Origin: Amoebophrya sp. A120
Lineage: Eukaryota > Protista > Dinoflagellata
Assembly: GCA_905178155.1 (NCBI GenBank)
Contig: CAJINV010000003.1
Coordinates: 4,091,253-4,155,252, forward strand
Length of the DNA: 64,000 nucleotides
Reading direction: 5' to 3'
Positions 59,101 through 64,000 of this stretch are shown here, piece by piece. Both the position numbers and the translations under genes were made by a program. The notes below the pieces were generated by a model. It worked only from the letters and a program-made list of their open reading frames with translations, was not told the origin of the DNA and did no database searches. Each line of letters opens with the position of its first letter. Within the stretch, counting starts at the first letter, position 1.

Positions 59101-60872
59101 GGGCACATGCCACACATGAAAAGAAGCTCTCCACCAGGTGCACATCGCGACACATGGGCGCGAGTAGGTGATCCATCACGAAGTCGCGTGATTCCATGAG
59201 TGGCGAGGCAACTCTGTCCACAAACGCCGAGTTGCTTAAATATGATGCCACAACATCCTCGTCTGCACGAAGAGCGGGGTCAAAATAATCCAGAAAGGTG
59301 CCCGGGGCACGATCTCTCGGCATAAGGTGCTCGCTGTGGCGCATTACGTCTCGCGCAAAGAATTTATCAGAACGCAACCCTTCGGAAAGCCGATCGAGGA
59401 CATCACCCCCCTCGTGCGGCCTGCTCTGGTGTCCACTATCCAGAGCCTCGAGAACGATGCTGGGCTTGTGTTGCAGCCGTTGACTCGCGTTCAAAAACGC
59501 GGCTTCATGCATCCTTACAGCGAGCGTCACCAGATCGTCATCATCGTTCTGCTCCTCGGACAGCACCGTGTATAGCTGTTTTAATTTTGGGAAAATGCTG
59601 GCCCTCATGTTTTGCTGGCTTTGAAACAAACAGCAGCGGCTGTCGCGAGTCTGCAGGCACTCACGAGGCCAAGAAATGGCTGCAAAAGTTGTACTAGCGA
59701 ACAAGCAGCAAAGACAAGGGAGTGTGCGACTTGCTTATAGCAAACAGCAATGCTCTTACCTCTGATCCATTCTCTTTGCTTGCATGGGTGAACAAATGCG
59801 CTAGAAAGCCTTTGTTCCTTCTGAGCGCCTCGCTGCATTTTTGGTAGATCCGCTCGGGAACGTCGCCCGCGGGTTCGCCGGTGCGAACCATAAGCTCCTG
59901 GCAGACACGATCCACCAAAGCAGTTGTCGTCGGCCGATCGTGTCCCGCGATGTCGGGAAACTTCTCGAAAAATGCATCCACGTCAGGAGTCCAATCGTCG
60001 TCGACTTCTTGCACGTGGTCCCCTATCACCAACGCTTTCGCTTCTGCCAAAGCCTCCTGTTTCTCTTGGTGCATGATTGCATAAACAAAAGGCGCTTCAC
60101 TTTGATGATCGAACTCACTTTCTTGTTTTGCATTTTCTTTTTCATTGAAGGAGCTGCACTCGGAGACATTTGAGCTGGCCCTTGAGACACCAGGACCAGC
60201 GCGGCCGAGAGGGAGAGCGATACTGTTAGTGTTACTGCGGATGCTGCTGGAATTATTTGTCGAGTTCTGTTTTCTTCTTTTCGCATCAGGGTAATGGAAG
60301 TCCGTTTCTGTGGTGGAGGGGCAGCTGCTAGTATTAGCCTGTCTGGCGCGAGAATCTTCTGGTTGGGGCTCCTGGTGCGAGTGGTCTATGACCACCTCTG
60401 GTGCGGCGTAAGGCACTCGCAGCCCGGCCTCGGCCTCAGCATTTACCTGGCCGCGGCAGCCCGAAGATGCTCCGCCAGCATTTTTGTTGACGTCCGCGTC
60501 CCTAGTTTCGGAAAGTGCGCCACGCACTGGGGATCGAGATCGTCCCGGGCCCGCCCTTTTTACGAACTCGATCCCATCCTCTTCTGTTCCAGAAGACGAA
60601 GCTTGTGGCAGGCCAAACTCCCCGGCGTCGTCCGTTAAAAGCTCGCCTGTGCATCCGTTGACGAGTCCGATGTGCTCGGGCGGCACATTTTTCGCTCTTG
60701 CTGCGCGCGCCCGTATCTCCGACACTAATAGCGGCTGGGCGTCATCCTCTGGTAGTACGACGTAACATATCACTGCGTCGGACAAATCCTTCACGGGAAG
60801 CTTTTTTGAAGGGACATCACCGACATCGTCTGCCCGGTTCGAGTTTGCGTCGGGAGTTTCAACAGACGCCAT
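56126..60872 (-). CDS. DUF4116 repeat protein, paralogue 1
   Basis: Exons 60872-59760 and 59614-56126 joined by a phase-0 GTAAG..CAG intron. Repeats such as LAVKQNGLALRYLSCELAKDEQICLAAVQSNGLALEY. Confidence 0.85.
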
Positions 60873-61464
60873 TTTTGTAAGTTGTATTGGCTAGACAAAA
60901 AGTCACAGTGCAATCGTGAGAAGTAGATGAAGATGAAGTAAAGCTAAAGTGAATTCATAATTAGGTTTGGTATATTAATTTAAAACTTGTAATCTAGTCT
61001 TTCTGGTTGTATGCTGAGGAAATAGAGAGGCTGAGACAGTTGAGATTAAGATTTTGAATTTGAACTTCTGGCTAGCATGACTGTTTTGCTGTGATCCTCT
61101 TGTCGTCAACAATCTGAGAAACGGAAAACTATAGGAAAAAATGTACAAACGAAACACCGATAAGCACGATCCACAACCACAAGCTCGTTTCGAGTTCCAC
61201 CTAGCAACAGAAGAACAAGAACGTGAACTTTCGACGTCATTCTACACCTGTGCCAGGTTTCAGTCGCATACGCACGCGCATGGAGCGGGTGATGCCTCCG
61301 TCTTGCGAAGTCATGTGCTTTGTCTCATGACCGTGAGGCGAGTGCGCTCGCTGTCACTTTTTATTTGATCTCGATGCACTTTTCGATCCGAGGATTCAGA
61401 TTCGGAACGCAGCAAAATCGCGACCCTCGCTCTACTAGGTAGCTCGCCGGTGCGCTTCTTGCTT

Positions 61465-64000
61465 CTATTCAGCCATCACCATCTCCTCGTCCGTTGAAGA
61501 GGAAACTGCCGTGGCGAGATGAGCAAAGTCATCGGCAGTGAAGTCTAGTTTCCTTGGCTTGCTGTCCCAGATATCCCCGAACCCGCTCGCCTCGCGCCGA
61601 GCCTGCTGCGCCTTTTCCATCGCTTTTTTTACGCACGAAGCGGCTTCCTGGACTTCCGGGTCAGATGCTAATAACCGTGGCGGGACCGCTTCCAAAACCT
61701 CTGCGCAGCAACTACTTTTCTCGGATCGTAGTGCCGCAAGCACGATGGCTTTTCCATTGTCCCCAGCAAGCAACGAAGGGGCGACATATCGCAAAGCAAC
61801 GCCCGTATTGCGCACAGCCAACATGGCTAATGCGGCGTCAGACCTCAACGGAGTGAATGCCAGCGCCATCCCGTTTTTACGCACAATTTTGCGCATTGCC
61901 TCCCTGTCGTAAATCAGCGGATCCGTAGTGAGGTTACAAAAAGCCAAAAGCAATACATTGCCCTTTTCACCCGTTAGCATGCTTGTGAAAAAGTCCGGGT
62001 CTCGCTCCATGAACCCTACAGAGAAACAAAAAAAGGGGGTGTGTCCCGAGCACGCCACACGGAACAGGTTCGAATCTGACAGCAACTTTTCGCCCCGAAC
62101 GAACCGCCACGCCGCTGCATTCTGGTCCACGGCCGCCCGAACAATCTCAGGACTCGAGCTCCTAATCTCCATGCTGCAGTACTGAAGTGCTAGCCCATTG
62201 TTCTGCACAGCAGCAAGACAAATTTTCTGGCTCTTGGCGAGCTCACAAGACAAGTACCGGAGCGCCAAGCCATTCTGTTTCACCGCCAGAAGTCCGATCT
62301 CGGGCGAGTTCCGGAGTGCCCAAGACGCTTCAGAAATGGCTTCACCGTCTCGCATCACCGCTTCGCGTATCAGCTGTTCGTCTCGGCAATTTTTCCGTGA
62401 AGTGCAAGCAAGCAAATTTATTATCACTCCCTGAGGATGGTTCGGCTGCACTTGGGGATACAACGACGACTCATCATGATTACTTGCAACAATCATGAGC
62501 CCTTCATCAACAACTCCACTTTCATTCGGGGGACGACTTTCCTCGATTTTCGTGGTAGTAGATACACGCTTGATTGTTTCGAGAACAAACTCCCTGTCGG
62601 CCAGCACTCGTGAGCTAGCGATTGCAACTGCTGCCTGACTGTCAATCTCCGCGAGGGCACGAATGAACATGAGGTTATCTCGGAGCACCCACGGCACGCG
62701 GCTTCCCTTTTTCAACCCAGTTCTCGTAGAGTACCGTAACAGTTGTCGCGCAACGGCAAGGTAGATGTCTCCGTCGCTCTGCGCAGACGAAGGCAATTTC
62801 CAGAATGAAAAGCAGCTGTCATCGCGTTGACCGATAACAGTACACGCGGAGAAAATGGCTACAGCGGTCGCCCGCTGCTCGGGCAAGAGGCAATCCAGAA
62901 ACTGGAACGGAAGCTGGCTTAACTGCGTGTTGGGAAATAAATTGCTCTCCACTGCTGCAAGAAAGGCTGGATCTGATTGCTGGGCCCGGCTTAGACGCAC
63001 CCACATATCGAGAACCTCGCGAAACTCGCCCGCTCTAGCGCACTCGCGGACAAACTTCAGCGCGAGGGTGTTGTCGTCTCTAAACTTCTTCGGCAACGCG
63101 TCCCACATCTCCGCAACTGGAATGATCCGCGCCATGATGGGGAAAAAATCTGGATCGGCGCGCAGATCGCTGCGATCTACTAAGTTGGAGAAATGCATTG
63201 ACAGCCAGCATCTAGGGCGCTGAAACTGGTGTCTTCTGCTGAGGGGGGAGTTGGTGGCAGAGGCCGTATGCGTATCCACCGCCCGTGCCGCTGCCATTAT
63301 GATTTCTTTTTTTTGTGCATACTCCTCGCTGACATACCAGAGAACATCGAATCCGAATTGCTCGACGGCTACTCGCACAACCGAGTCGCGGCGTCGCACT
63401 GCATCGGAGGCGAAAAGCAAGGCGTCGAACCATCCTGCGCCCAGAAGATCACAGACAAACTCTTCGTCGTCGCGGAGTGCTTTTGGAAGCGGATACGGAC
63501 AGGTCCAGGTGTTGATCGCCTCAGCGATGTTGCGAACTGCTACTGAACTGGGGCGCGCTGAGGTAGAATGGCGGCCGATGTTATTTAGCACCAGGAGATG
63601 GCCTGCCTCTTTGCACAAGTCTGCTAATGCGTACTCAGACACGACCCCAGAACTAAGAAACGGAACGAGACTGGTCAAACCCGAAAGACCTTGGCGCGCA
63701 AGAATTTCCACGACGAGATCTCGTGGATTGCCGTGGCTAGGAGTTGCAGTTGGTAGCACGGTCCCGCTCTTATCATTATTGTTGAGAGAGGCATCATCAA
63801 GTGCTTTTTGCCGCATCTGGAGGATTTTCGGATCTTCGTTCGGTGAGATGGACGCAGCGACTCGGCTAGGCGACGGAGCGTGCAGATTCAAATACTCGAA
63901 GGCGTTTGTGCTCGATTTCACCTGATAGCTGTCCAGGCGGGTAAACGTCCACAGGTAACCATCCAAATTCTTACCAGTTATGCCCCGGGCGACGGCGCTA
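61465..64000 (-). CDS. DUF4116 repeat protein, paralogue 2 (5' end outside window)
   Basis: Collinear with paralogue 1 (DGYLWTFTRL, LRDDEEFVCDLL, EAVMR.G.AISEASW.LRNS, AVPPRLLASD). Confidence 0.88.
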   Translation of the reverse strand, partial: SAVARGITGKNLDGYLWTFTRLDSYQVKSSTNAFEYLNLHAPSPSRVAASISPNEDPKILQMRQKALDDASLNNNDKSGTVLPTATPSHGNPRDLVVEILARQGLSGLTSLVPFLSSGVVSEYALADLCKEAGHLLVLNNIGRHSTSARPSSVAVRNIAEAINTWTCPYPLPKALRDDEEFVCDLLGAGWFDALLFASDAVRRRDSVVRVAVEQFGFDVLWYVSEEYAQKKEIIMAAARAVDTHTASATNSPLSRRHQFQRPRCWLSMHFSNLVDRSDLRADPDFFPIMARIIPVAEMWDALPKKFRDDNTLALKFVRECARAGEFREVLDMWVRLSRAQQSDPAFLAAVESNLFPNTQLSQLPFQFLDCLLPEQRATAVAIFSACTVIGQRDDSCFSFWKLPSSAQSDGDIYLAVARQLLRYSTRTGLKKGSRVPWVLRDNLMFIRALAEIDSQAAVAIASSRVLADREFVLETIKRVSTTTKIEESRPPNESGVVDEGLMIVASNHDESSLYPQVQPNHPQGVIINLLACTSRKNCRDEQLIREAVMRDGEAISEASWALRNSPEIGLLAVKQNGLALRYLSCELAKSQKICLAAVQNNGLALQYCSMEIRSSSPEIVRAAVDQNAAAWRFVRGEKLLSDSNLFRVACSGHTPFFCFSVGFMERDPDFFTSMLTGEKGNVLLLAFCNLTTDPLIYDREAMRKIVRKNGMALAFTPLRSDAALAMLAVRNTGVALRYVAPSLLAGDNGKAIVLAALRSEKSSCCAEVLEAVPPRLLASDPEVQEAASCVKKAMEKAQQARREASGFGDIWDSKPRKLDFTADDFAHLATAVSSSTDEEMVMAE

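Noticed and set aside
59615-59759. Frameshift or two separate genes between ORFs 59694-60872 and 56126-59704
   Set aside because: A phase-0 canonical GTAAG..CAG intron joins them.
1756-63925. Numerous plus-strand ORFs of 60-310 aa
   Set aside because: Mostly antisense shadows of GC-rich minus-strand exons, with no recognisable domains.

Overview
Eukaryotic, gene-dense, intron-rich DNA in which every credible gene is on the minus strand. About 15 genes are supported: two tandem FAM151/menorin-like genes, VPS52, an M14 cytosolic carboxypeptidase, Cu/Zn SOD, a PhoD phosphatase, a Pop5/Rpp14-like gene, an LRRC61-like gene, a TPT-family transporter, a RING/TRAF protein, a thioredoxin-like membrane protein, two DUF4116 paralogues and several hypotheticals. 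The main signal is a set of eight intact 148-321 bp elements from five sequence families, plus one decayed copy. Each intact element has terminal inverted repeats starting TAT-N7-AAA and a perfect 5-bp target-site duplication (TSD), and each sits inside coding sequence. Removing the element plus one TSD copy restores the reading frame, yet none can give a GT-AG intron and only one can give GC-AG. Copies of the same family occur in both orientations, and the families share an internal GCA(T/A)NACA motif. From recalled literature (not a database search), this matches the inverted-repeat introners of the parasitic dinoflagellate Amoebophrya (A120 type). The PhoD gene also holds a duplicated exon segment with only synonymous differences around a TA-flanked TIR element, and a FAM151 intron holds an array of hairpin repeats. 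All gene models were spliced by eye and need RNA-seq confirmation.
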